The notes under the pieces: generated by a model | The model's database searches: none | What the model saw: only the letters and a program-made list of their open reading frames with translations | What the model was told of the DNA's origin: nothing | Part shown: positions 20,201-29,398 of the stretch, one piece after another | How the letters are laid out: each line of letters starts with the position of its first letter | Position numbering within the stretch: position 1 is the stretch's first letter | From: Candidatus Deferrimicrobiaceae bacterium | GTDB taxonomy: Bacteria > Desulfobacterota > Deferrimicrobia > Deferrimicrobiales > Deferrimicrobiaceae | DNA: 64,000 nt | Direction: 5' to 3' | NCBI GenBank assembly: GCA_963792415.1 | Contig: CAWBVY010000006.1 | Span: forward strand, 256,001-320,000 | Position numbers and translations under genes: made by a program

Positions 20201-21334
20201 ATGCCGAAGCACCTGGTATTCGTGGGCGGCGGCCACGCCCACCTCACGGCACTGATACGCCTGCGGGACACCGTGCGGTCCGGTCACCGCGTCACGTTGA
20301 TCGGCCCTTCCCCCTATCACTACTATTCGGGAATGGGCCCCGGCCTCCTCTCCGGAATCTACCGGCCCGCCGAGGCCCGCTTCCACGTGAAAAAGATGGC
20401 GCAGGACCGGGGGGCGACGTTCCTCGAGGACCGCGTGGTCCTGGTGGACCCCGTCCGGCGCACCCTGGTTCTCGGTTCGGGAGCCGAGGTCCGGTACGAT
20501 GCCGTCTCCTTCAACACGGGGAGCGGGGTCCCTTTGGATCTCCTCCATCCCTCCGGCGACAACATTTTTCCCGTCAAGCCGATCGAGAACCTCCTTGCCG
20601 CGCGAAGGAAGATACTGGAAGCAGCCGCCGGAAAGAGAATCCGCGCCGTCGTGGTGGGCGGAGGGCCCGCGGGCGTCGAAATCTCCGCAAACCTGGGGCA
20701 TCTCGGGAGGGAAACGGGCCGGATCGGGGGGATCACTCTCGTATCCCGGTCGCCCGTGCTGGGCGATTTCCCCGAGAAGGCGCGTGCACAGGTGCGAGGG
20801 GCCCTCGCCCGGTGGGGGGTCGTATCGATCGAGGGGGTTGCCGCGGAATCGGTCGCCAGCGGGATGGTGCGGTTGGAAAACGGCATGCGCCTCGAGGGGG
20901 ACATGGTGTTCGTCGCGGTCGGGATCCGTCCGTCCCCGCTCTTTCGGAATTCGGGCCTTCCCACGGGTGAGGACGGGGGGATGCTGGTCAACGATTGCCT
21001 GCAGTGCGTGGACCACCCGGAACTGTTCGGGGGCGGGGATTGCATCTCCCTGGCGGGGTCCCCGCTGGCGCGGGTCGGCGTCTATGCCGTGCGTCAGAAC
21101 CTCCCCCTCCACCGGAACCTGTCGGCGTTTCTCGAAGGGAGGCCCCTTCAACGATTCGATCCCGGGGGCGACTATCTCCTGATATTGAACCTGGGGGATC
21201 GCACGGGTCTTTTCCGGCGGAAAGGGATCGTCTGGAGCGGGCGGCTCGCCTTCCAGCTGAAGAACTACCTCGACACGAGATTCATGCGAAAATTCCAGGT
21301 GTCCGGAGAACTCCGCGAATCGCCCGGAGAGTGA
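20201..21334 (+). CDS. FAD-dependent pyridine nucleotide-disulfide oxidoreductase (NDH-2-like; resembles the domain fused N-terminally to SelD)
   Basis: HLVFVGGGHAH, YYSGMGPG, VKPIE, VVGGGPAGVE, GGGDC, GVYAVRQ, KNYLDTRFM. Confidence 0.85.
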   Translation: MPKHLVFVGGGHAHLTALIRLRDTVRSGHRVTLIGPSPYHYYSGMGPGLLSGIYRPAEARFHVKKMAQDRGATFLEDRVVLVDPVRRTLVLGSGAEVRYDAVSFNTGSGVPLDLLHPSGDNIFPVKPIENLLAARRKILEAAAGKRIRAVVVGGGPAGVEISANLGHLGRETGRIGGITLVSRSPVLGDFPEKARAQVRGALARWGVVSIEGVAAESVASGMVRLENGMRLEGDMVFVAVGIRPSPLFRNSGLPTGEDGGMLVNDCLQCVDHPELFGGGDCISLAGSPLARVGVYAVRQNLPLHRNLSAFLEGRPLQRFDPGGDYLLILNLGDRTGLFRRKGIVWSGRLAFQLKNYLDTRFMRKFQVSGELRESPGE

Positions 21335-21361
21335 TCGAAACCGAAGGAAGGAGGGCTTGTC

Positions 21362-22183
21362 ATGGGATTCCTCGACTATTTCAAACCCGTTCCCACCTGG
21401 ACCGCCGAGGAGGTCCGCGCCTTCCTTCGGGAAAGGAGCGCCGAATCCTACAATCTGATCGACGTGCGACAGCCGGAGGAGTACGAGGGCGGGCATCTTC
21501 CGGGGGCCCGGCTCCTCCCGATGGCGGAGCTGAAGGATCGCCTCGGCGACCTCGACCGGTCCAAGCCGACCATCACCTATTGAAGGAGAGGGGTCCGCAG
21601 CCGTGCCGCTGCGGCAACGCTTTCGGAGGCCGGCTTCTCGCAGGTTCACAGCATGGAGGGGGGAATCGATGCCTGGAACGGCCTCGCGGCCGTGGGGGCG
21701 TATGAAGCAGGACTTGCGTACTTCTCCCGGGCGTCGCAGCCCGAAGAACTGATTTCGCTATCCTTCGCCCTCGAGGAGGGGAACCGCGTCTTCTACGAGC
21801 GCATTTCCATGGAACTGAAAGAGAAGGAAGCGGCCTCGATCTTCCGGTCGATGGGACAGGCGGAGGAACGGCACAAGGAGACCCTTCGGGAGCTTCACGC
21901 CCGGGTCACCGGGAAAGGCGCGAACCCCGCGCAACCGGAAGGGATGGAGGCTGGAGCATTTCTGGAGGGAGGGGCTCCGCTTCAAGAGACGCTCGATTGG
22001 GCCAAAGGCAAGACGCTGGAGGAGATCCTCGAACTCGCCATCGCGATGGAGTCGAACGCCCTGGACCGTTACATCAAGATGGGGAGGGCGGTCACGGACG
22101 AACGGTCAAGGGAGGTCTTCCTGGCGCTCTCCCGGGAAGAACAGAAGCACCTGGAGCGGATGACCTCCCTGCTGGACCGGTAG
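21362..22183 (+). CDS. Rhodanese-like domain with Sec at the catalytic position, fused to a ferritin/rubrerythrin-like diiron domain (selenoprotein)
   Basis: IDVRQPEEY, GHLPGA, TITY-TGA(21581-21583)-RRGVRS, MEGGIDAW; then E...ExxH twice; both track ORFs share one frame. Confidence 0.85.
21595..21614 (+). promoter_or_regulatory. Putative bacterial SECIS element
   Basis: CCGCAGC-CGTGCC-GCTGCGG 7-bp stem; loop begins 18 nt after the UGA with G at loop position 2. Confidence 0.7.
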
Positions 22184-22241
22184 CGGGGCAAGGGGGAATC
22201 GTGCGAACTTCCCCCGGTTTCGCGGACAAAGTCGTCCGGAC

Positions 22242-22937
22242 TCAGCTTTCCTTCGCGAAATGCTCCTCCAGCGTGGAGCAGATCCGGTCCGGCTTCCGGT
22301 AGAACAACGAGAAACGAAGATCCACGGCCTGGGGAAACTGCGCATACAACAGGTGCGCCACCTCGTCGGGCCGCTTGATCGGCTCCCATCGGGCATTCGT
22401 CTTCGGACGAACGAACCGCCCGCTCAGCAGGAGCCGGAAGAACATCATGTCGCACAACATTCCCTCCAGCCATGGAGTCCAATTTTCGTACCCGGCGATC
22501 CACGTCGACTGCGCGCCACCGAGCAGCACCTCGGCCGTCCTCCTGTTGACGAAATCGCAGGCACCGAAGTAGAGCCCGTCGTAACTCGTGAGGGGCGCCA
22601 GTATGTTCTTGAGACGCCGGCGGCTGATGTCCTGCACCGCACTGATGACCCCCCGCTTTCCGTGGCAGGCGAAATAGGCGATCTTCCTGCGCTGGTCCAC
22701 CCCCTGGTCGTGCCGGTAGAGCGCGTCCTTCAATCCCTCCGCGTTCTGGAAGACGACATAACTGAACAACGCATCGTGTCCGGGCGTATCCTGGTGCACC
22801 CCGTTGCGCCGCAGGTACGTTTCGTTCGTGTCCCGCTTCAACTGCCCGAAAAAGGGCTTGACGGTTTCGTCGTGGAGATGGTCCCACTGCGCCTCGAATA
22901 CCTTGATGATGTACCGGACCCCGTTTCTCTCCCGCAT
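22242..22937 (-). CDS. Hypothetical protein with possible caspase/CHAT-like fold (DUF6642-like)
   Basis: RBS GGAG; IAYFACHG and LYFGAC His/Cys motifs, WIAGY. Confidence 0.6.
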   Translation of the reverse strand: MRERNGVRYIIKVFEAQWDHLHDETVKPFFGQLKRDTNETYLRRNGVHQDTPGHDALFSYVVFQNAEGLKDALYRHDQGVDQRRKIAYFACHGKRGVISAVQDISRRRLKNILAPLTSYDGLYFGACDFVNRRTAEVLLGGAQSTWIAGYENWTPWLEGMLCDMMFFRLLLSGRFVRPKTNARWEPIKRPDEVAHLLYAQFPQAVDLRFSLFYRKPDRICSTLEEHFAKES

Positions 22938-23243
22938 GGCGAATCTCCAGGATCGACTGTCTGCAGATCCGTTTCCAGGAACGGAGGCGCCAAAATGTTC
23001 CCTGTCCCCGGAACCAATCGCGTTATCCCTTTGGATCGTTTCCCGTCGGGCAATCATTATACCCCACTGGCGGCGTACATATACATGTAGTTGATTATAA
23101 AGAGAAATATTGAATAAACCGAACGGGGGACGGAAGGGACCCTTCTCCGGCCCATCTGTATCCAGGCTAACTTTTTGTTATCGTTCATTTAATTGGATAA
23201 CGGGCATTTCATTGGGGGTGGGCTGTGGATTTATCTTCAATTA

Positions 23244-23256
23244 TATCAACATTTTA
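23244..23256 (+). promoter_or_regulatory. IHF consensus site in an AT-rich intergenic region
   Basis: TATCAAcattTTA matches WATCAAN4TTR. Confidence 0.4.
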
Positions 23257-23472
23257 CAAATAGCGCTCCGCTCCTCGACCTTCCCCGTGGGGACGTTTTC
23301 GGCGCATGTATGATAATCGGCGGGCGGTTCTCCGCCCTGCTGCAATCCGCCCGACTGCCGGAACTCAGGCGAATGCTTTTTCTCGCGGGCATGAGTCTAC
23401 GGTTTGCTCGTCGGTGTCCTATCGAAGTCCCGGTTGAGAACCTCACGTCCCCTTCTCACGGTCCATCCCCTT

Positions 23473-23868
23473 CTACCCCTTGTCCCAAGGGTTCAGCCGC
23501 AGCCGCCCTCCCGGAAGCCGCCCCTCGTGTGCGACCCAGACCCACCCGATCCCGTAAGAGACCGAGAAGGGTCCGAGGAGCGCAAGGAGCCACTTCCCGT
23601 TTCGCACGCCGAGGATGATCAGCGCGAGTCCGGCGCAAATGCAGATCGCGGCGATCAGGGTGGCCAGGAAGCGACTGGTAAAGGAGAGGTTCGGGAGGTG
23701 GCTCTCGATCGGCCGGGCCTTCACCCGTTCGCTCCGGGCGGGACGGGCCCGCTCCGCTTGGAACAGTCGACCCGGCAGTTTCATGCGGCCGGAGGTTTTC
23801 GGTTTGATGACGATGAAACGGAGGTCGTCTTTCTTTTTCCTCGACCTGTCTCCGCGTTTCGGGGCCAT
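23473..23868 (-). CDS. Hypothetical membrane protein (2 TM, basic N-terminus)
   Basis: Two hydrophobic segments; start uncertain. Confidence 0.55.
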   Translation of the reverse strand: MAPKRGDRSRKKKDDLRFIVIKPKTSGRMKLPGRLFQAERARPARSERVKARPIESHLPNLSFTSRFLATLIAAICICAGLALIILGVRNGKWLLALLGPFSVSYGIGWVWVAHEGRLPGGRLRLNPWDKG

Positions 23869-23979
23869 GGGTTGATCAAAACCATCTCATAAGATTTCCC
23901 GCGAGTCAAATTCGAGGTGGCAAAGGAAGGCTTTTACGTCCGGAGCAGCCCCAGCGTCTCCCCCGCGCACTCCGATGGA

Positions 23980-24174
23980 TTAGAACTCGACGAGGAAACC
24001 TCCGAACTGGACCTGGATCTTCTCGTCCGGCGACAACTTGAACCGATGCACCGCGAGTTTCAACAATCCCGCGATGTTGTTTCCGCGGTCCGTTCTCCTC
24101 CGCTCCACGAGCGTCCCCACCTTCACCTTCCTCTCAAGGGCCTTGTCGACACTGAATACGGTGAAGGTCGTCAT
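23980..24174 (-). CDS. Small hypothetical protein (ERRRTDRGNN), paralog of 8696-8917
   Basis: RBS GAGGGGG; TVF...VGTLVERRRTDRGNNIAGLLKLA aligns with TVY...IGTVVDRRRRDRNNNAADMLRLA. Confidence 0.75.
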   Translation of the reverse strand: MTTFTVFSVDKALERKVKVGTLVERRRTDRGNNIAGLLKLAVHRFKLSPDEKIQVQFGGFLVEF

Positions 24175-24175
24175 C

Positions 24176-24394
24176 TCATCCCCCCTCATCCGGAGTGGTA
24201 TCTCTTCCCAGCGAAACGCACCGGGGACCGAGAAGGATCCTGTCCCCAGGTTCCTGTTCGAAAAGTACCATCGCCTGTTTCAAGATGTGCGGAGTGATCC
24301 GGGTACTCCACTGTTGGCACGATTCCAACAGGGAGCCGATCCGCGAGAACGACCCGTTGGATCGGCAAAGCCGATATACGGGATAGAAGTTCAT
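24176..24394 (-). CDS. Small hypothetical protein, divergent paralog of the same family
   Basis: YPVYR...RIGSLLE...ILKQAMVLF pattern; overlaps the RBS region of the next gene. Confidence 0.5.
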   Translation of the reverse strand: MNFYPVYRLCRSNGSFSRIGSLLESCQQWSTRITPHILKQAMVLFEQEPGDRILLGPRCVSLGRDTTPDEGG

Positions 24395-24406
24395 GCCTGC
24401 TAGTAA

Positions 24407-24423
24407 TGCAACGGAAATGCCAA
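24407..24423 (-). promoter_or_regulatory. sigma54 (-24/-12) promoter
   Basis: Minus strand TTGGCATTTCCGTTGCA (GG-N10-GC); IHF-like TATCATaaacTTG at 24450-24462. Confidence 0.7.
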
Positions 24424-24721
24424 GGAAGCGCAGAAGAATACTTGATTAATATCATAAACTTGTGGCTTGTGTTCCCAGGCGTTGGCGGTACGGGTGGCGA
24501 ATATTTTTCCTTAATTGCGATCCGTCCCCGCATCCATGAAGGAAAAGATTTTCCACCAAAGAATACGTGGCCACGGCCGGAGAGCAGGACAGACAACGAT
24601 CCGCGTTTCGGACAGAAACCGATTCCGCAGGCTGGCGGGGAGGATTCCCCTGGGAGGAAACAGGGAATGCGCGATACAATGAAAAGCAAGCGACCACAAC
24701 AACGTCCGGGGTCAGGAAATC

Positions 24722-25615
24722 ATGTTTACGATCAAAGGCCCGGTTCTTGCCGCGATGGATCTTGATGAAGGATCCGATGAACTTCTTCGTCAGGCGGACG
24801 CCCTTGCGCGTTCCTACAAGGTCAAACTTTCCGTCTGCCATGTCCTCCCCGAAATCTTTGCCGTGCGGCCCTTGTTTCCTCAACTGCATCTTGACGACGC
24901 CCTGAATCGCTCCGGGCTCGAGGCTTCGGTTCGCGATGCTCTTCTGGAGCGCATTCGTGCGGTGACAACTCGAAAGTTATCCCAAACAGAGATCGAGATC
25001 GAACAGGGCACGGTGCATGCGGGGATCCTCCGTGCTGCCGAACGCATCGGAGCGGGAGCCGTGGTCGTCGGGGGAAAAGTCGATCCAAAAGGGCTGCACA
25101 TTCTTGGCAACGCTGCGGAGCATGTCGTTCGGTATGCGGATTGTCCCGTCCTTGTGGCGCGGCCCTCGCCCGCGGGAAAGGTACTGGTGGCGACCGACTT
25201 TTCCGATCCCGCACTTCCCGCCGTTGAAGCGGGCGCCGCCGAGGCACGGCGCCGGAAGGCCGACCTGACGATCCTTCATGCCATCGATCTGCTCCCGGTG
25301 ATCCGTCCTTACTACGGAGAGTCCTTTGACATGCCTCCGATGGAACTCAGCGACCGGATGAGAATGATCTGGCAGACAAGGCTTGATGAGTGCGTGCGTC
25401 GCTTCAAGGCCAAGGGCGGTGGCCTGCTTCGCGATGGACCGGCGGCGCCGGCGATTTTGAGCGCGGCGTCGGAACTGCCGGCGCAACTGCTCGTCGTAAG
25501 CACTCACGGCAGGACGGGGTTCCGCCGCGTTGCCCTGGGCAACGTGGCGGAAGCCGTTGTGCGCGCCGCGCCATGCTCCGTTCTAACCATTCGATTATTC
25601 CAGGAACGCGCATGA
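24722..25615 (+). CDS. Tandem universal stress protein (two Usp domains)
   Basis: VLVATDFS, GNAAEHVVRYADCPVLV, THGRTG...GNVAEAVVRAAPCSVL. Confidence 0.92.
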   Translation: MFTIKGPVLAAMDLDEGSDELLRQADALARSYKVKLSVCHVLPEIFAVRPLFPQLHLDDALNRSGLEASVRDALLERIRAVTTRKLSQTEIEIEQGTVHAGILRAAERIGAGAVVVGGKVDPKGLHILGNAAEHVVRYADCPVLVARPSPAGKVLVATDFSDPALPAVEAGAAEARRRKADLTILHAIDLLPVIRPYYGESFDMPPMELSDRMRMIWQTRLDECVRRFKAKGGGLLRDGPAAPAILSAASELPAQLLVVSTHGRTGFRRVALGNVAEAVVRAAPCSVLTIRLFQERA

Positions 25616-25679
25616 TCCGATCGAATGGAAACGCACCTTCCAGTCTGTGGGAGGGAAGGAGAGGTGAATTATTGCCGCG

Positions 25680-26360
25680 TCACTTCTTCGGGTGCGTTTT
25701 CTCCCATTCCCTCACCATGCGCTGGGCCTCCTTGAGCTTCTCGGGAGTCAATTTTTTTGCTACCTGGGTCTTTGCATCGGAGGCTTGCCTGTATTCCGCA
25801 CCGGAGGCCCTCGATGCCGCCAGACTGAACCAGAAATACGATTGCACGAAGTCTTGCGGGACCCACTCCCCCAAATAGTATGCGAGCCCGAGAATACGAA
25901 GGGCATCGACATCTCCTTGTTCCGCCGCCTTCCGATACCACTTTTCGGCCTCTGCGTAGTTTTGCGGAGCGCCCTGACCGTTGAGGTACATGAATCCGAG
26001 GTTGTATTGCGCAGATGCGGCCCCCTGCTCCGCGGCCTTCCGGTACCACTTGACGGCCTCGGTCAGGTTCTGCGGGACACCCCAACCGTTCTGAAGCAGG
26101 ATTCCAAGGTTGTACTGTGCCCTCGCGTCCCCCTGCTCTGCCGCTTTCCGGTACCATTTGGCCGCCACCGCGTAGTCCTGCTTGACGCCAGAACCGTTTT
26201 CATACATGGAGCCGATGTTGAACTGGGCTTTCGCGTCCCCTGCTTCCGCTTTTTTCCGGAGGGTTTTCATGTCGGCAGACAGTGGGGAGGTTTCCAGAAG
26301 GGTCAACATCAGGACCGCCAGGATAATCCCACGGAAGGGATTTCTTTTGACTCCAGACAT
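25680..26360 (-). CDS. Secreted Sel1-like repeat protein
   Basis: Signal peptide; repeats of AQYNLG...GxGVxQ...WYRKAAEQG. Confidence 0.92.
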   Translation of the reverse strand: MSGVKRNPFRGIILAVLMLTLLETSPLSADMKTLRKKAEAGDAKAQFNIGSMYENGSGVKQDYAVAAKWYRKAAEQGDARAQYNLGILLQNGWGVPQNLTEAVKWYRKAAEQGAASAQYNLGFMYLNGQGAPQNYAEAEKWYRKAAEQGDVDALRILGLAYYLGEWVPQDFVQSYFWFSLAASRASGAEYRQASDAKTQVAKKLTPEKLKEAQRMVREWEKTHPKK

Positions 26361-26547
26361 CGCCCCCTCCGAGTAGCGCTTCCTTTCTTTTACCCCATGG
26401 ACAGAGATCGGGAAAGAGAAAACCCCGGGGCGAGGGTGCTACCGGCAGGGGGAGACCCGCGGACCGGAGCCGCATTGTAATAATGCCGGTTGTGCGGGGT
26501 TTATGCCCGAATCCGTTTTCATTCCATTCCGCGTCACCGTGTTTATC

Positions 26548-27024
26548 TCACTTTTTCTCGTCCCGCCTCTCCTGAGCTTTCAAGACGTGGCACATCTCGG
26601 TGCAGCCCGTCAGGTTCTTCACACCACTGCCCACGTCATTTTTATGGCATTTGAAGCAGGCCTGGTGGTAGGCGTCCTTGAGTCCCCGACGGGCGATGCT
26701 CCCCGGTCGTTCGGACGCCGGGTGACACTCCCCGCAGGACTTCAGCTTGCCGACGTTCAGGTTCTTTTTGAAAACGGAAGGGTCGATCGGATGGCATTCC
26801 GCACAGGCGTTAACCTGAATCGAGCCGTGCTGATGGTGGCAGTCTGCGCATCCGCCCGCCGTGGAAACATGCTCCGAATGGTTGAACCGCACCGGTTCGT
26901 AGATCCTGGACAGGCTCCCCAGAACGAGGTCCTTCGGAACCTTCCCCACAGCGGCCGTTTCGCTTGAGGCCGAGACGCCGATACAGAGGGCAATGGCAAC
27001 CAGTAGGATCGTCGCTTTCTTCAC
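26548..27024 (-). CDS. Periplasmic cytochrome c3-like multiheme protein (5 heme motifs)
   Basis: GTG start after AAGGAG; signal peptide; PVRFNHSEH; CADCHH, CAECH, CGECH, CFKCH, CTEMCH. Confidence 0.88.
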   Translation of the reverse strand: MKKATILLVAIALCIGVSASSETAAVGKVPKDLVLGSLSRIYEPVRFNHSEHVSTAGGCADCHHQHGSIQVNACAECHPIDPSVFKKNLNVGKLKSCGECHPASERPGSIARRGLKDAYHQACFKCHKNDVGSGVKNLTGCTEMCHVLKAQERRDEKK

Positions 27025-27044
27025 GGTTCCGGTCTCCTTCCGCG

Positions 27045-27737
27045 TTATTCTCCGTCCGTCAGCAGGTGCGTCTTCGCCAGTTCGACCCATTCGGCGCCGC
27101 CCAGTACCCGCGCGATCCCCTCCACCGGGAGACCGCCGTCCTGGAGGACCGGGCCGATGGTTTCGCCGTGGAGCGGATGGAGCTTGTCGAGCGCGTTTTC
27201 CATCCAGGCCCTGGCCAGCTTCCCCGAGAGAAGGTTCCGGGTGTTCGACGCGACCTTGGACGATTTCACCTTCAACAGCCACCCCTTGCCGTACGGATCC
27301 TGGCGCAGGATCTCGGGGGACCGGAGAACCTCGTCGTTCACCTCGACCACCTCGCCGGCGACCGGCGACAGCATCGGGATCCGGTCGGAATCGACCACGA
27401 GGCTCCACCCCTTCTCCCCCTGCGCCAGCCGGGACCCCACGGCGGGCAGCTCGACGGCGTCCACCTTCCCGACGAGCTTCCGGGCGAAGTCGTCCAGCCC
27501 GACGACGCCGATGGAGCCCGGCTCCGGCCGGAGCCAGCCGTGCCCCTGGTGGTAGAAGAGCCCCTCGGGGATCCGGAACCGGGTCACGCTCTCCGGGGCG
27601 ATCCTCGCGCCCGCCGGCGCCTCGCGCGGCTGGTACATGTAGCGGCAGAAGAGCACGAAGACCGCGAGGAACGAGATGACGATCAGGTACTCGATCCCCT
27701 TCGTGGCGTAGATGTCTATGAAGCTGATGCCTTCCAT
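27045..27737 (-). CDS. Membrane-anchored glycine cleavage H-like protein lacking the lipoyl-Lys
   Basis: N-terminal TM; HQGHGW, VGLDDFA, SPVAGEVVEVN, DPYGKGWL; the ESVK loop is replaced by VDSD. Confidence 0.85.
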   Translation of the reverse strand: MEGISFIDIYATKGIEYLIVISFLAVFVLFCRYMYQPREAPAGARIAPESVTRFRIPEGLFYHQGHGWLRPEPGSIGVVGLDDFARKLVGKVDAVELPAVGSRLAQGEKGWSLVVDSDRIPMLSPVAGEVVEVNDEVLRSPEILRQDPYGKGWLLKVKSSKVASNTRNLLSGKLARAWMENALDKLHPLHGETIGPVLQDGGLPVEGIARVLGGAEWVELAKTHLLTDGE

Positions 27738-27810
27738 GTTCCCACCTCCGCGTCTTCCCGATATATTTCCTCTACGACCTCATGCGAGATGCCGACCACG
27801 GACATCCGCG

Positions 27811-28485
27811 TCAGCGGAAATACTTCCGGATCGCGATCTGGAGAATCTCTCCGTCCATGCTCTCCATGATTCCCTCGACGTGAATCCCTCCATCCTGCAG
27901 GGTGGCCCCCACTTCCACGGGCACCGCCCGGTGCAGGGAGAGGAACTCGGTGAAGCTCTTCGCCTCCCTTTCCAGCCACGCCGCGGCCTCCGCGCCGATC
28001 CGGAGCTTCTTCAGGTCCCGGGAGAGGTTGGACGGCCGGAGCAGGAACGCCCACCCCTTCCCGTACGGCTCCTTCCGCGCCTCCGCCGGGTCGGCGTTGA
28101 TCCCCTCGTTCACCGCGCAGACGACGCCGTCGACGGGGGAGACGAACTCGATCCGTTTCCCCGACTGGAGGGCGGCGAACGCCGGCTCCCCCTGGCGCAG
28201 CGTCGCCCCGTCCGGGGGAAGCTCGAACCGGTCGACCTTCCCCAGGATCCCCTGCGCGAAGCCGTCCAGCCCCACCTGCACCGCGCCCGAGGCATCGAGC
28301 CTCGCCCAGGTGTGGCCGCTGTGGACGAACAGGCCGCCGGGCAGTTCCTGCGCCGTCAGGGAAGGGAGCAGCGCGGCCGGCTCACGGACGGCAAGGGCTT
28401 CCGCCGCCGCCTTCTCCCTCCGCTTGAGGGCCAGGTCCACCGCGATACATCCGAGAACCGTGAGTACGACGAGAAGGACTACCAT
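27811..28485 (-). CDS. Membrane-anchored glycine cleavage H-like protein
   Basis: N-terminal TM; HSGHTW, VGLDGFA, SPVDG, EPYGKGW, LQDGG. Confidence 0.85.
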   Translation of the reverse strand: MVVLLVVLTVLGCIAVDLALKRREKAAAEALAVREPAALLPSLTAQELPGGLFVHSGHTWARLDASGAVQVGLDGFAQGILGKVDRFELPPDGATLRQGEPAFAALQSGKRIEFVSPVDGVVCAVNEGINADPAEARKEPYGKGWAFLLRPSNLSRDLKKLRIGAEAAAWLEREAKSFTEFLSLHRAVPVEVGATLQDGGIHVEGIMESMDGEILQIAIRKYFR

Positions 28486-28501
28486 GGCCCACCTCCTGCT
28501 C

Positions 28502-29212
28502 TTACCCCAGAAATTGGCTGACGATCTTTCCCCATTGCGCGTCGTTCAACCGGCCGCTGATGTCCGTGAGCGCCTCCCCGCCGTCCGTCGCCGTCATCCC
28601 CAGGTCGGAAGAGAAGACCCGCTGCAGCCGTTCGACCTCGCTCTCGTACCACTTCCGGGCGACCGTCTCGTGGTACAGCCCCTTCACCGCGTCCCCTTTG
28701 AGCTGCAGGGAGAAGATCCACCCTTCGCCGTACGGATCGTCGTTGAGCAGGGAGGGATCCGCGGCCACCTTCGGGTTCACCGCCTTGACGACCCCGTTGG
28801 CGGGCGAAACCAGGTGGGCGGTCCGAGGACCGGAGTGGAGGAGGAAGCAGACGTGGTTCTCCTTCACCGCCACGCCGACCGCGGGCACCGACGCACGGTC
28901 GACCCTGCCGACCAGCCGGGCGGAAAAGTCGTCGATCCCCACCCGGGCCTCGCCCTCTTCCCCGTCGTGCGGGGCGACCCACAGGTGCTTGGGGTGGTAG
29001 TAGTACCCCGACTTCAGGTGAAATCCCCGGACATTCTCCATCCCCTTGCCGGCGCCGGCCACCTCGTTGTACAGGGAGCATTCCTCGAAGTGGCAGGTGG
29101 TGCAGAGGCTCTCCGAGGTGTACAGCCGGTCCACCGGGATCATCTTCGACGGGAACGCCTTGCAGAACGTCACGGTTTTCGTCTCCAGAAAAGGGCATCT
29201 CGTCTCTTTCAT
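28502..29212 (-). CDS. Glycine cleavage H-like protein with a Cys-rich N-terminal domain, no lipoyl-Lys
   Basis: CPFL...FC...LCTTCHFEEC; HPKHLW, GIDDFS, SPANG, DPYGEGW, TDGG. Confidence 0.85.
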   Translation of the reverse strand: MKETRCPFLETKTVTFCKAFPSKMIPVDRLYTSESLCTTCHFEECSLYNEVAGAGKGMENVRGFHLKSGYYYHPKHLWVAPHDGEEGEARVGIDDFSARLVGRVDRASVPAVGVAVKENHVCFLLHSGPRTAHLVSPANGVVKAVNPKVAADPSLLNDDPYGEGWIFSLQLKGDAVKGLYHETVARKWYESEVERLQRVFSSDLGMTATDGGEALTDISGRLNDAQWGKIVSQFLG

Positions 29213-29270
29213 CTGCGCACCCCTTTTCCTTTCGGTGGTCCGGTTCACCCGCTCGACTCCCGGGAACGTT

Positions 29271-29351
29271 TCATGCGTGGTCCGCCCGCGGTTTCACCAC
29301 CGCGACGACCGCCAGAACGATGTACGCGATTCCGATCACCAGGTACCCCAT
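29271..29351 (-). CDS. Unannotated 26-aa membrane micropeptide MGYLVIGIAYIVLAVVAVVKPRADHA
   Basis: Strong RBS AAGGAGGTGGGAACG-ATG; single TM; first ORF after the sigma54 promoter. Confidence 0.6.
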   Translation of the reverse strand: MGYLVIGIAYIVLAVVAVVKPRADHA

Positions 29352-29398
29352 CGTTCCCACCTCCTTCCGCGGGGACGACCTCCCGCGCCTATGTAGAG

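Noticed and set aside
24442-24455. FNR-like box TTGAT-N4-ATCAT
   Set aside because: One mismatch, and it overlaps an IHF-like site positioned for the sigma54 promoter; the two cannot be distinguished.
27045-29212. Functional glycine cleavage system
   Set aside because: No gcvT/gcvP/lpd nearby, the canonical lipoyl-Lys is absent and TM anchors are present.
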